Source: Nitrospirota bacterium (lineage in GTDB: Bacteria > Nitrospirota > UBA9217). Taken from it: a DNA stretch of 64,000 nt. The position numbers and the translations under genes are program-made. This document shows positions 1 to 9,147 of this stretch, piece by piece. Numbering within the stretch: the first letter of the stretch is position 1; each line of letters begins with the position of its first letter. Below the pieces are notes generated by a model. That model did not search any database, was not told the DNA's origin, and saw only the letters and a list, made by a program, of their open reading frames with translations. The stretch lies in contig CAWGYL010000002.1 of the NCBI GenBank assembly GCA_963826885.1, forward strand, positions 129,756 through 193,755, given 5' to 3'.

Positions 1-371
1 TCGGTCTTTAACTTTTTTATCAAGCAAATTTATCGATTTAATGGGAAACACCACTTACATGATAAAATCATGAATGTTTAGAAATCTCTTTGCTACGCAG
101 AAAGCCCCACGGGCATTTAGGCCTATTTATAATCTACGTTTAACCTAAAGGTAGCACTGCCTCTCTGATTGTCAAGCCGAGAAAGCATTTTAAATCAGGA
201 ATAGGCATAAATAGTGTATGGCAAAAGGTGGCCTCCGTTTCAATAGTTTTTCTACAAACATTTCTCCTGATTTACCGTGGCGAACAATTTATCCTCCCGT
301 GATCATAACGTGACCTTCGCATGATATCTTTCATACAGTTAACGAGAATGCATTGCGAAAAAGGTGATAAA

Positions 372-734
372 ATGAATAGAGCATTTTTCGCGATATCCGG
401 TGTGCTGCTTCTTCTTGCACTCTTCTCACTGTTCCTGTATTCGGGCGCGATGACTGGCGCTGCGACTTTGTTCCCCGTTCCTGGATACGGGACAAACCAA
501 GCACAGGAGAAGGGATTGTCAATAGTGATTTTCAAGGTCAAGTGTTATGAAGAAGGAAAGGTGGCACTCCAAGGACTAAATGGAATCCAGAAAATCGAAA
601 CGGGCTTTCATGACGTTCAGGAGACAGATACTGTTTATTACGATCCGAAGGTGATCACGATCGAAGAGATGGAAACGGCCTTGAAGAAGGCGGGAACGTA
701 TGTGGAAACAATGAAGAAGAAAGAGAGGAATTGA
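372..734 (+). CDS. Membrane-anchored protein with a heavy-metal-associated (HMA)-like ferredoxin-fold domain that has a single Cys, not CxxC
   Basis: N-terminal TM segment ([17 protein letters not shown]), then a beta-alpha-beta-beta-alpha-beta-like segment [26 protein letters not shown]...[12 protein letters not shown]. An RBS-like aaaggtga precedes the ATG at 372. The stop overlaps the start of the msrA fragment, so the two are translationally coupled. A degraded paralog sits upstream of the intact msrA at 57418-57530. Confidence 0.4.
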   Translation: MNRAFFAISGVLLLLALFSLFLYSGAMTGAATLFPVPGYGTNQAQEKGLSIVIFKVKCYEEGKVALQGLNGIQKIETGFHDVQETDTVYYDPKVITIEEMETALKKAGTYVETMKKKERN

Positions 735-964
735 TCATGTTTGTGAAATTGTTGATAGGAACATTGCTGGTTCTGCCGCTCATGGTTACCCGAGCCAATG
801 CAGGCACAATGCCGCCTGTTGAAAAAGCAACATTCGCGGGAGGGTGCTTCTGGTGCATGACCCCGCCTTTCGAGAAACTGGACGGAGTAAAAGAGGTCGT
901 ATCCGGCTACACCGGCGGGCATACCATCAATCCCACCTATAGTCAGGGTTTGGCAATTCTTTAA
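731..964 (+). pseudogene. msrA: Truncated peptide methionine sulfoxide reductase MsrA, N-terminal ~70 aa only
   Basis: Signal peptide plus [11 protein letters not shown]...GV..V.SGYTGG...NPTY, aligning with the full-length paralog at 56803-57414. Homology ends after NPTY and the ORF stops at 964. An IS110-family transposase gene lies immediately downstream. Confidence 0.6.
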
Positions 965-999
965 AAACCGACAGGCATCACGAACAATCCAAAATCGGG

Positions 1000-3395
1000 T
1001 AGGAGGCGGGATTACTCCCGCCGTCCTCCCACACCACATACTATAACGCTCCTGTCAAGAAAAAGATTCAATTTGCTTTTATTCAATAGGATAACTTGAT
1101 CAGTATATTAAAAACGCACCTCTCTCTTTCGGCATTTACGCCGTTATCACTTTTATCGACGAGTCTCTCGCAACCAGACGAACGACATCTCTGATAGTTA
1201 TGTCACCTATGCGGCGTGCCATATGGCCGCCAAGAATACCTTATCCAGATTCTATCGTTCAAAACGAGAGGCCCTGTATTGTAGGTGACGAGGTCAACTG
1301 CCCTCAACTAACTTGAGCACGGGCTCTCCCGTCGAAATAAATTTTGCGTACACCATTATGCGGCTGCTTTTCGTTCTACCCGCTTTTCCAGTTTAAGGTA
1401 TTTCGAGTCGAAAGATTCCTTCTTTTTCATCAGCGTCCAAGCAATAATCAAGAGCTTCGCGGCGAGCTTCACCCTCATTTTCGTGGCAATGCCTTTCTCC
1501 TTCGCCCGTCCAGCAAGCTTATTCGTAAAATAGGGAATAAAGTCCTTACTCTTAATCGAGGCAATGAACGCTGCCTGGTATAACGCGCACCGCAGATCCG
1601 CCTTGCCCTGTTTGGAGATGATCGGCGTTGCCCTGTTTGACGTTCTTCCGCTTCTCTGTGCGCAAAGATCAAAACCCGCCAACCGCAAAACCTGTTTGCC
1701 GCTTGTAAAGCGGTGGGGATCGCCGATGGCTCCGAGGACCTTGGCGGATACATCCGGCCCAAACCCAGGAATGCTCAAGAGGTACGTATACTCCGGAAAC
1801 TCAAGACAGGCATTCTCAAGCTTGTCTTCAACCGCTTTGATCTCCTGCCTAACCTGTTTCAAACTATCTACTGCAATCTGAGCTTCATGGAAGGCCGCCT
1901 CTCCCATGGTGCAGCCAACGGAATTGACCGCGGTCCTCCAAATCGCTCCCACTCTGCGTTCCCGAGCCAACGTCATTTTGCCTGGTGCTACGGTACGGCA
2001 GAAATCATCGTATTCCATGCCGGCGATAGCGGAAGGATCCAGACATTCCCGCACTACCGCCAGGGTCTCTGACGATCCGTAGTACGTATCCAACTCAGGG
2101 AAATACTGTGCAAGGATATGATTGCGAATATACGCGCTTATGCCGTGTTCCCGCTTCTTCAGTCGCCGCTTGACTGCGTTTAGTACGCGCACGTTTTGAA
2201 GCGTCATCAGGGGATATTCATAAAACATGCATTTCCCCTGTGCAATGAGATCTGCGATATTAGCCGAATCCTTGTCATCGTTTTTATCCCATCGACCGTT
2301 CAGAAGTTGCCGGTTGTTCTTTACTGCCATACCGCCAACAAAAACGACCATCAGACCGCATTTGAGCAGATGCTCCGCCAGGGGCTTGTGGTAGTCTGCC
2401 GTCGGCTCGATCCCGAAAACGACTTTCGGCAGGCTGTATTGAACCTTGACACGCTCCACATGCGCATCCAGCTTTTCGAATCCCTCGATCGTGTTGTCAA
2501 AGATCACATTCCTTAAAAGCGTCTTGCCTTGCGCAGTACCAAAAAACGCACGGTGCTTCTCTTTCGCCACATCAATCCCAATGATCAAATATTCTTCCGA
2601 ACCACGAATTTCTTTCTTCAGTTGCCGAAATTGCTGAAGTCTGATATCATCAATACAGTTCATAGAAGCCTCCTGCCCTTGAATTTAGTTTCGTCATAAA
2701 CTAATTCTTAGCAGGAGGTTTCTATTTTGGATAGTCTTGAAGAAAATATTTCCTATACTTTAATGGGGAAATATAACCTCATGCTCTATCCATATATAAC
2801 ACGTACGTGCCGTTCGGCATACGGCGGTTCCTGTCTTTCCGCTCTTTCGGTGACCTTGTCGCCTCCTGTTCTATAAGCACCTGACTTTACCTCGCGGATT
2901 CCGTCCGCTACTTCCAGCCTAGGCCCTCTTGCGGGGCTTGTGCTCAGTACAGATAGAGATTCGGTCTCGAACAGTCCGACAAGTTCGGCCCTTCATCCCG
3001 TTGGTGCGGGACTAATACGGCCTCTGCTGACTTCTACCGATCCATCTCAACACCTTACGATGTCGATAGCACATGGCAGAACGGCAGACCTCCCAGGGTA
3101 AGACGCATGACCTTCATCCCATATACCCGCCGCATCTACTTCCACACCTTCCGGATGGTTATCGGGCTTTGAGTCTTTATGCCCTCTCGCCCAAGTGTGG
3201 CTGCCTCATATGCGGTTTCTGTTCGTCAGGCCGGGACTTTGCTTACAGCTTCCTTCAGATTCCGGGTCGCCCCGGACACCCTTGCTGTTCGGCTAACGGT
3301 TCCTCCCATCAAGGCCCATAAAGGACTTTCACCTTCGAGTCGCCAGTCAGTTACCAATCTGACCAGCCTGTAAAATACAGAGCGTCATGCCTGGC
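1000..3395 (-). mobile_element. IS110-family insertion sequence; ends not determinable from sequence alone. It may cover only part of this span
   Basis: The transposase gene is flanked by about 390 bp of non-coding DNA on its 3' side (965-1355) and about 730 bp of ORF-free DNA on its 5' side (2664-3395). It abuts the truncated msrA. IS110-family elements lack terminal inverted repeats, so boundaries cannot be read directly. Confidence 0.35.
1356..2663 (-). CDS. IS110-family (DEDD) transposase
   Basis: N-terminal IIGIDVAKEKH and a DKNDDKDSANIADL motif. C-terminal LLSIPGFGPDVSAKVLGAIGDPHRFTSGKQVLRLAGFDLCAQRSGRTSNRATPIISKQGKADLRCALYQAA is typical of the IS110/IS1111 C-terminal domain. RBS ggagg lies 6 nt upstream of the ATG. 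Confidence 0.85.
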   Translation of the reverse strand: MNCIDDIRLQQFRQLKKEIRGSEEYLIIGIDVAKEKHRAFFGTAQGKTLLRNVIFDNTIEGFEKLDAHVERVKVQYSLPKVVFGIEPTADYHKPLAEHLLKCGLMVVFVGGMAVKNNRQLLNGRWDKNDDKDSANIADLIAQGKCMFYEYPLMTLQNVRVLNAVKRRLKKREHGISAYIRNHILAQYFPELDTYYGSSETLAVVRECLDPSAIAGMEYDDFCRTVAPGKMTLARERRVGAIWRTAVNSVGCTMGEAAFHEAQIAVDSLKQVRQEIKAVEDKLENACLEFPEYTYLLSIPGFGPDVSAKVLGAIGDPHRFTSGKQVLRLAGFDLCAQRSGRTSNRATPIISKQGKADLRCALYQAAFIASIKSKDFIPYFTNKLAGRAKEKGIATKMRVKLAAKLLIIAWTLMKKKESFDSKYLKLEKRVERKAAA

Positions 3396-3398
3396 ATA

Positions 3399-3440
3399 CA
3401 TAAAAAAGTGCCAATTCTTCTCGGAATTGGCACTTTTTGT
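3399..3440. terminator. Bidirectional rho-independent terminator hairpin
   Basis: aaaaaagtgccaattc-ttctcg-gaattggcacttttt: a perfect 15-bp stem with T-runs on both strands, located downstream of the minus-strand gene that ends at 3532. Confidence 0.6.
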
Positions 3441-3531
3441 GGTCATGTCTGCCCGCATACGAAGCCTGATCACGTTAAATCACTCTACAAGCATCTCAGA
3501 CCCCGTTTAAGAACGGATCGCTACCAATTCA

Positions 3532-3990
3532 TTACATGTGGTGCTCATGGCCCATGGGCATTTCGCTTGCCCCCTGAAGGGTAATTGGTAGTTCCTTCAC
3601 TCCCGTTTTCTCGAAGACCAGCGTCACGTTGAATTTCGAACCTACCGTCATTGTCATAGGCATGTCCTGGATCATGATATGGCTGCCGCCCATCTTTAAT
3701 TCCAGATTGCTTTTCGCGGGGACTTCTATCGTGTTCATATTTACCATGCGTTCACCTTGCATGACATGGAACGAAGCTTTTGCTCCCGGTATGTCAGTCT
3801 TTACTTCCTTGAGAACATCCGATCCACCTTGATTCCTAATATTCATGGTCACCATAGCTTCTCCCATGATAGCAGGAGACAATTCGGCATTGACCCCGTC
3901 AATGCTGATCTGCGGCGGACCGCTCTGGCATGAAGCAAGGATCATGGTGGTTACGAACACGGATATTACCAATAGCTTTGATTCCCTCAT
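3532..3990 (-). CDS. Lipoprotein, copper chaperone PCu(A)C-like (DUF461-like), with a Met/His-rich C-terminus
   Basis: Lipoprotein signal (ILASC) in a ~150-aa protein. Spaced Met/His motifs (HVMQGERMVNM...HIMIQDMPMTM...MPMGHEHHM) resemble the H/M copper-binding motifs of PCuAC. A TlpA-like redoxin is encoded two genes away. Confidence 0.5.
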   Translation of the reverse strand: MRESKLLVISVFVTTMILASCQSGPPQISIDGVNAELSPAIMGEAMVTMNIRNQGGSDVLKEVKTDIPGAKASFHVMQGERMVNMNTIEVPAKSNLELKMGGSHIMIQDMPMTMTVGSKFNVTLVFEKTGVKELPITLQGASEMPMGHEHHM

Positions 3991-4110
3991 TATTCCAAGT
4001 GATTTTATGATAGCCTCCTTCAGAAGTCGCCAGTACTGTCATTTTGAGTAACCTTGTCTACAGAAATAAAAGTTGACTGTAAACATTCAGCGGCCCTAGT
4101 TGCGCAGTCT

Positions 4111-5178
4111 TCAGAATGTATAACGCACTCCTAAGGAGGCAGTGTAATGCGGCGCTAGTTGTACTCCATTAAGATCCTGATAAATGGGCACTTGAACGAA
4201 ACCGTATATCGCAACCTGCTGACTGACAGACACGGTGATGCCAGGGCTGATATACAACAATGTTCCTCCGGTATTAACTTCATCCGCATTATCTCCTTCA
4301 TCATGCACAACGTATCGGTAGTTAAGCTGAAGCAAGGGGGAAAGATTAGAAAAACCCGCGTACAGTAAACCCAGGGTAAGGTTGAGTCCCTCACCCGGCT
4401 TGTATTGATCTCTTGAGTCCAGCGCTCTTTGATAGAGCGCCTGGGCGAAGTAGCTCACATTCATGCTTAGTCCATCGGTATAATATGCGCCGACTATGGC
4501 ATCAGTAGTGCCTGTCCCGGGTTGAAGACCACGATCAATAGGGACCGGGCCTGGAGCGGTCGGGTCAGTCGACGTCCCGGTATCTGTGTAACTGCCGGTC
4601 GGCAGCTTGAGACCGAAAAGAATACCAACATTGTGCCTTGGTGACAAACCCTGGTAACGACCCAATACCTTTATATCACCGATACTTGAAGTATGTGAGT
4701 TGTACTGCCCTCCTCCGGGCCCTGGGGTGTACCCATCCGATGCGGTTCCGAGTGTGCTATGGTTTCGATTGATCCATGGTAATTGAACATTCACTCCCCA
4801 ATCGCTGCCAGTGCTATAGTCTATTCCCAGCGTATAATAGTTGTTCACCGTATATTTCTCGATTTCCTCGGTGCCACCTGTTTGGGGATCCGGAAGTTTG
4901 CTGGCGGCTACAGGATCAATTGTTTTCGTCCCGCTCCGCAGCTGATCCTGATCAATAAAATCCCAACGAAGATCCATTTTTAGTCCTGGTGTGCAAGAGA
5001 GCTGCTCGTTTTCCCAATCGGAACTCAATGTGCAGCCACAACTTGCACAGGCCCTTGCATCTTCTGAAAATAATAGCAAGGTGCTTGCAACCATAATGAA
5101 CGCGCCTACGCTGTTAAACAATATTCGCGTAAATTTCTTCTGTCTAACTTGCTGGGCGAAATATCTTTTTACTCGCAT
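4111..5178 (-). CDS. Outer-membrane beta-barrel protein with an N-terminal Cys-rich motif (CASCGC)
   Basis: Signal peptide, alternating amphipathic beta-strand pattern, and a C-terminal ...GVRYTF aromatic end typical of outer-membrane beta-barrels. A Gly/Thr/Pro-rich loop region is present. The CxSCGC motif just after the signal peptide is reminiscent of the CXXC motif in MtrB/PioB-type porins. Confidence 0.5.
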   Translation of the reverse strand: MRVKRYFAQQVRQKKFTRILFNSVGAFIMVASTLLLFSEDARACASCGCTLSSDWENEQLSCTPGLKMDLRWDFIDQDQLRSGTKTIDPVAASKLPDPQTGGTEEIEKYTVNNYYTLGIDYSTGSDWGVNVQLPWINRNHSTLGTASDGYTPGPGGGQYNSHTSSIGDIKVLGRYQGLSPRHNVGILFGLKLPTGSYTDTGTSTDPTAPGPVPIDRGLQPGTGTTDAIVGAYYTDGLSMNVSYFAQALYQRALDSRDQYKPGEGLNLTLGLLYAGFSNLSPLLQLNYRYVVHDEGDNADEVNTGGTLLYISPGITVSVSQQVAIYGFVQVPIYQDLNGVQLAPHYTASLGVRYTF

Positions 5179-5201
5179 GGTGAAGTCTCCTCTTCAAGTA
5201 G

Positions 5202-5693
5202 TTACTGTTGTTTCAACAACTCAGCAATTTGTTTTTCATACATCGGGAGAAATTCCTTGCCGAACCCCATTTGCACATATCGGATAACTCCATCTTTACC
5301 AATGATGAATGCGGTCGGCAAAGTTCTAAAGTTATATCCTCTTCTGATGATGCCCTTTTTGTCGATAAGGACCGTAAACGTAACCGGGACCTTCTGGAGA
5401 AATTCAGTTACAAGCTTTTCGGAAGAATCGATATCTATTCCGATTATTTCGAGCCCCTCATTGCTATATTTTTTATAGAGTGCGTCGAGTGCAGGAAGTT
5501 CTTCCCGGCAAGGATCGCACCAGGGCGCCCAGAAGTCCAGGAACACCACCTTGCCCCTGAACTGCTTCAAGGTGACTACTTTACCGTTCACATCTACGAG
5601 ACTGAAGTCAGGCGCCGAAGTTCCAACCTGACTGGCATTCACAAAAACAGGTAGGGTGAGCGCAAGCAATAGTGCTATTATGATGATTTTCAT
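5202..5693 (-). CDS. TlpA/ResA-like periplasmic thiol:disulfide oxidoreductase (thioredoxin fold)
   Basis: Signal peptide MKIIIIALLLALTLPVFVNA followed by the WAPWCDPC thioredoxin-like active site within an AhpC/TSA-redoxin-like fold. The ORF track starts at 5741; the internal Met at 5693 is the more likely start. Confidence 0.75.
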   Translation of the reverse strand: MKIIIIALLLALTLPVFVNASQVGTSAPDFSLVDVNGKVVTLKQFRGKVVFLDFWAPWCDPCREELPALDALYKKYSNEGLEIIGIDIDSSEKLVTEFLQKVPVTFTVLIDKKGIIRRGYNFRTLPTAFIIGKDGVIRYVQMGFGKEFLPMYEKQIAELLKQQ

Positions 5694-6016
5694 TGACTGA
5701 TCTCCCGCCATGTATTCAAAATGCATCGCTGCGCGCAGCATAAAAATAAGCTTTTGTAAACTTGCTCAAATTTAGTGTTGATCTTAAACCGCATATCCGG
5801 CTGTTCTCCAGGAACTCATAAAAACACTCCACTCCGGAAATATCGCACCTCGTAAATGGATGATGGATTAAACATTCCCGAAGTGGAGCCAAGCTTTAAA
5901 GGGGAGGATAGCCTATGAGAACTATCCTCGGAGATACCATGCAAACGCATGCGTATTTGTGTGCCTTCCTGCTGTAAGGCAACAAGCTGACTCAAAAACC
6001 TCGGCTGCGTTACGGA

Positions 6017-6301
6017 TTAGGCTTTTGGGGGGCGTTCGTCTTGAAAGGCAGTTATGGTAGGTTTTATGAGAGGATTTATAATTTTAGAGGTTTCTTGAAG
6101 AACCAGAGGAAAAGGATAACAAGGGCACTCCTGAATAAAGGGCATGCTTCCCCCTGACGACAGGGCTGGAGTCGTTGAATGACATATGTCTAGAGTGCCG
6201 ATCATTGTATGTGCGTCGTGGCTGCACGTGAGAGAGAGGGAAGGCGGAATGGCGATGGTGAGAGCAATAGCTAGAAGCACTATGAGAGCTTGCCATTTCA
6301 T
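6017..6301 (-). CDS. Small secreted Cys-rich hypothetical protein
   Basis: Signal peptide MKWQALIVLLAIALTIAIPP followed by 6 Cys in about 70 aa. No recognisable family. Confidence 0.3.
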   Translation of the reverse strand: MKWQALIVLLAIALTIAIPPSLSLTCSHDAHTMIGTLDICHSTTPALSSGGSMPFIQECPCYPFPLVLQETSKIINPLIKPTITAFQDERPPKA

Positions 6302-6565
6302 GAAATTATCTTAAAGTCAAAAGTGCATAATGTCAACATAAAGTTACAATTTTAGCTGGTTATTGAAGAACAACATTATTGATTTACAAGCATGAATTAG
6401 GGCATGAAACCCTAGCCGGGATTCATCCCATTGATTCTTTTTCACCGGGATATACACCTCTCGGGAGGCAACACTGTAACGCTTGACAATAACAGCCAGA
6501 TATTCCCGTTTTGATCGCGCACTCACGGGAACGCACTCTCGTTTGGGAGTGTTAGTTATAGTAAC

Positions 6566-7156
6566 ATGAATTATGAGTCAATGATCTATTTCAATGTTTA
6601 CTTGGGTAAATTCTCTCGGTCAATTTGTCTTGACAGGGGGATACACGGAATTTATCATGGTTTCATGATCTATCCTGGATTATTGCAAACCGTTGCAAAG
6701 AGGATCACCCTGTCCAACGTGATGGGGGGCCTCGCATTCCTGCTGGTCGCAAGCCTGATGCTGTTCATCCTGTCTGACTGTTCAAAACAGGTTTCCTATC
6801 CCTCCCCAGTACAGATCGGCTCCAATATCGTCATCGATATGTCAAGCCTGGAGCTTGAGGTTCCCAAATTCTACACGTACCAGTTTCAGGACAAAAAGGT
6901 CAATTTTTTCGTTATCAAAAAGGAGGACACGCCCCTTTCCTTTCTTGACGCCTGCTCAAGCTGTTATCCCCATAAGCAGGGATACCGCTGCGAAGACAAC
7001 GCGGTTATCTGCCGTTACTGCAACGTCAGGTTGCCCATCAGTAAGCTCGAAAAAGGTATCGGGAGCTGTTATCCGATCAAAATTGAGGGCAAAATGGAGA
7101 ACGGCAAGTATATGATTGCGGTGGACACCTTGGAAAAGGCGGCGGATAAGTTTTGA
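6566..7156 (+). CDS. Membrane-anchored protein with a C-terminal 4-Cys (CxxC...CxxC) domain (DUF2318-like, attribution uncertain)
   Basis: TM segment GGLAFLLVASLMLFIL followed by FLDACSSCYPHKQGY...VICRYCNV. The true start is probably an internal Met near 6674 or 6722. Confidence 0.35.
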   Translation: MNYESMIYFNVYLGKFSRSICLDRGIHGIYHGFMIYPGLLQTVAKRITLSNVMGGLAFLLVASLMLFILSDCSKQVSYPSPVQIGSNIVIDMSSLELEVPKFYTYQFQDKKVNFFVIKKEDTPLSFLDACSSCYPHKQGYRCEDNAVICRYCNVRLPISKLEKGIGSCYPIKIEGKMENGKYMIAVDTLEKAADKF

Positions 7157-7343
7157 GATGAGGCGGCCTCAAAATAAGGTGCATCCAACGATTTAACCGT
7201 AAGCCCACCACTGCAAAAAATCTTTACAACGTGAAGTGATCGTTATCCTATTACCACTTCTGCTCCGACCAGATCCGCCCACCGTAGCGCAATCTGATGC
7301 AATATGTCTGTTTCGCGAGTATGTTTCTGGATCGCTTTCGCAA

Positions 7344-8519
7344 TCAGAAATGCCCTTCCCCGTTTTTTCTAGTCCTCTCGGTCCGCTTCATGCCAACAAA
7401 TTCTCCCCAGGCGGTTATTTGCCAGTTGTCTGTCCTGCTTGCCTCCGGCACCCAGGGTGGTACGGACAACTTCAAGCGAAGGGAAAGCGCATGCACGTAA
7501 GGTTCGTACATCCGCCGCAGCTCGTAAAGCCGCGGGGCCACATCCGCGTCCTTCCGGAGCTGAATACCTTCTGTCTCGAGCGCCGCGTGCATCGAAGCGA
7601 GTTCCCGCGGTGGAAGCCGGTCGATCAGCGGCTCCTCGGGCGCGACGTGTAACACCAGCGCGAGATCCACGATTGCATGGCGGGCCATGGCAAAGGTCAA
7701 TTGCGCCTGGCGCACGCATGTTCCATGAAGGTTGGTCATGACGAAGGCGCAGGTGTCCAGGATGGATGTCAGCGCCGCGAGCCACGATTGATTATCGTGC
7801 TGGGAACGGAAATACACGAGGACCGGAAAGGAGAGATGGCTTTCGAGCAATTCCGCCGACCATCGTTCCCATTCGTAGAGGAGCCGCGACAGCGATTCTG
7901 TGGCGGAGTCCTGGGATTGGCGCCGCACCATTTCAATGGCCGTCGGAGGAGAGCCAGCGCGCGCATCCAGGAGCGAGATATTGACCTCTCTTTTCGAAAA
8001 TGATTGATTGAGTGCCGGAAGGTAGCTGATTACGATGGCCAGAAAGCCGAAGCCCATGCCCGATTCGAGGACAATGAGAGCCCGTGCAACGGGAGTGTGT
8101 GGCACGATATCTCCCAGGCCGAGCGTAAAAAAAGTCGTCCCGCTGAAATAGAGGCAGGTGCCAAACGTTACGTAGTCCTCGGGTGTTTTCAAGGCGTTAC
8201 CCGGCGCCCAATAAAGGAGCGCGAAACCCGAGATCAAGACGCTGGCCCAAAACCCCAGCAGCAACGGCAGCGAAAGGGGGCCATAGTAGCTCAGGTAATT
8301 TTCCTGGCGTTTCCCACTCGAAAGCGCATGGACTAGCGCAGTCCAAAGTCGCCATGTGGTCCGATAGAAGAGACGTACGAGCCGTATACGCCTCGTCACC
8401 CGACGCGGAAAAACGACGGTTTCAAAGGCATCCGCCAGCACAACAATGATAAGGGCGATGCCCGCAATGGTTGCGAGAATCGGCACGGTTATTACTCCCC
8501 TCTTCACGCCCGCAGGCAC
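7344..8519 (-). CDS. Potassium channel protein (Ion_trans_2-type pore with a cytoplasmic C-terminal domain)
   Basis: Two TM helices flank a pore helix and the selectivity-filter-like TTFFTLGLGD (a TxGxGD variant). A long soluble C-terminal domain follows. Confidence 0.7.
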   Translation of the reverse strand: MPAGVKRGVITVPILATIAGIALIIVVLADAFETVVFPRRVTRRIRLVRLFYRTTWRLWTALVHALSSGKRQENYLSYYGPLSLPLLLGFWASVLISGFALLYWAPGNALKTPEDYVTFGTCLYFSGTTFFTLGLGDIVPHTPVARALIVLESGMGFGFLAIVISYLPALNQSFSKREVNISLLDARAGSPPTAIEMVRRQSQDSATESLSRLLYEWERWSAELLESHLSFPVLVYFRSQHDNQSWLAALTSILDTCAFVMTNLHGTCVRQAQLTFAMARHAIVDLALVLHVAPEEPLIDRLPPRELASMHAALETEGIQLRKDADVAPRLYELRRMYEPYVHALSLRLKLSVPPWVPEASRTDNWQITAWGEFVGMKRTERTRKNGEGHF

Positions 8520-8636
8520 GCCGGAGCATGTCTACCGGGTGTTGTATTTCAATTATATCACCTACATCACTGCGGTTGCATGTCTTCCTTCAGCGAGAGA
8601 GGTTTGAGATTGACAGAAGATAAAAATTTATGCCTC

Positions 8637-9100
8637 TGCGTCGCAAAACCGCGTCTCTTCAGGGCGGGGATATAAGGCGCTGATTGCAACGCAACCAAAA
8701 AAAGTTTTTTTTGATAATTAAGTAAACAATTGTTCACCGCTTACTATAGGCGTGAAATTAATCAATTTCCGCGAATCCTCGTAGGTGATTCCATTTTCAC
8801 TTGCATGACATTCTTACCGTTTGCCGAACCGGCAGCTACGGGGGACAGACAATTGTTGTGCGACATTCTGGTAAGTCACTGATATTTTGATGTTTATCTT
8901 TCGCTTGTTATTACTCGCACTTGTTTCCCTATTCCATGAATAAACATATGCTATTATTTATGAAACGGTTTCGCAGCCATCATCGCTCATGATAGCAACT
9001 AGGTGAGCATTTGTCTACTCAAATATCAAAACAATGCTTTTTGGGTTGTGTTGCAAGTAGCGCCTTATATCCCCGCCCTGAAGAGACGGGGTTTTACTGC
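8637..9100. mobile_element. MITE-like non-autonomous element (~460 bp) with ~50-bp terminal inverted repeats
   Basis: Left end aaaccgcgtctcttcagggcggggatataaggcgctgattgcaac (8645-8690). The right end (9047-9098) is its reverse complement with only a few mismatches. The interior is AT-rich and ORF-free. Confidence 0.55.
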
Positions 9101-9147
9101 GCAGATGGATAAATATGGTTGAAGAATGGGAAAAGTCGAGGTGAACT

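Noticed and set aside
2801-2831. Hairpin resembling group II intron domain V (minus strand CCGUAUGCCGAACGGCACGUACG)
   Set aside because: No GUGYG 5' end, no AGC catalytic triad in the right register and no room for domains I-IV upstream of it. Kept only as a structural oddity within the IS110 flank.
3300-3360. Minus-strand GGUGAAAGUCC...UAUGGGC, faintly RNase P (P4/J3-4)-like
   Set aside because: The other universally conserved RNase P blocks are absent and the spacing is wrong.
7369-8003. Several 100-140-aa ORFs (7369-7785 minus, 7439-7741 plus, 7677-8003 plus)
   Set aside because: They overlap the K+ channel gene in alternative frames and have Arg/Ala/Pro-rich composition typical of GC-rich shadow frames.
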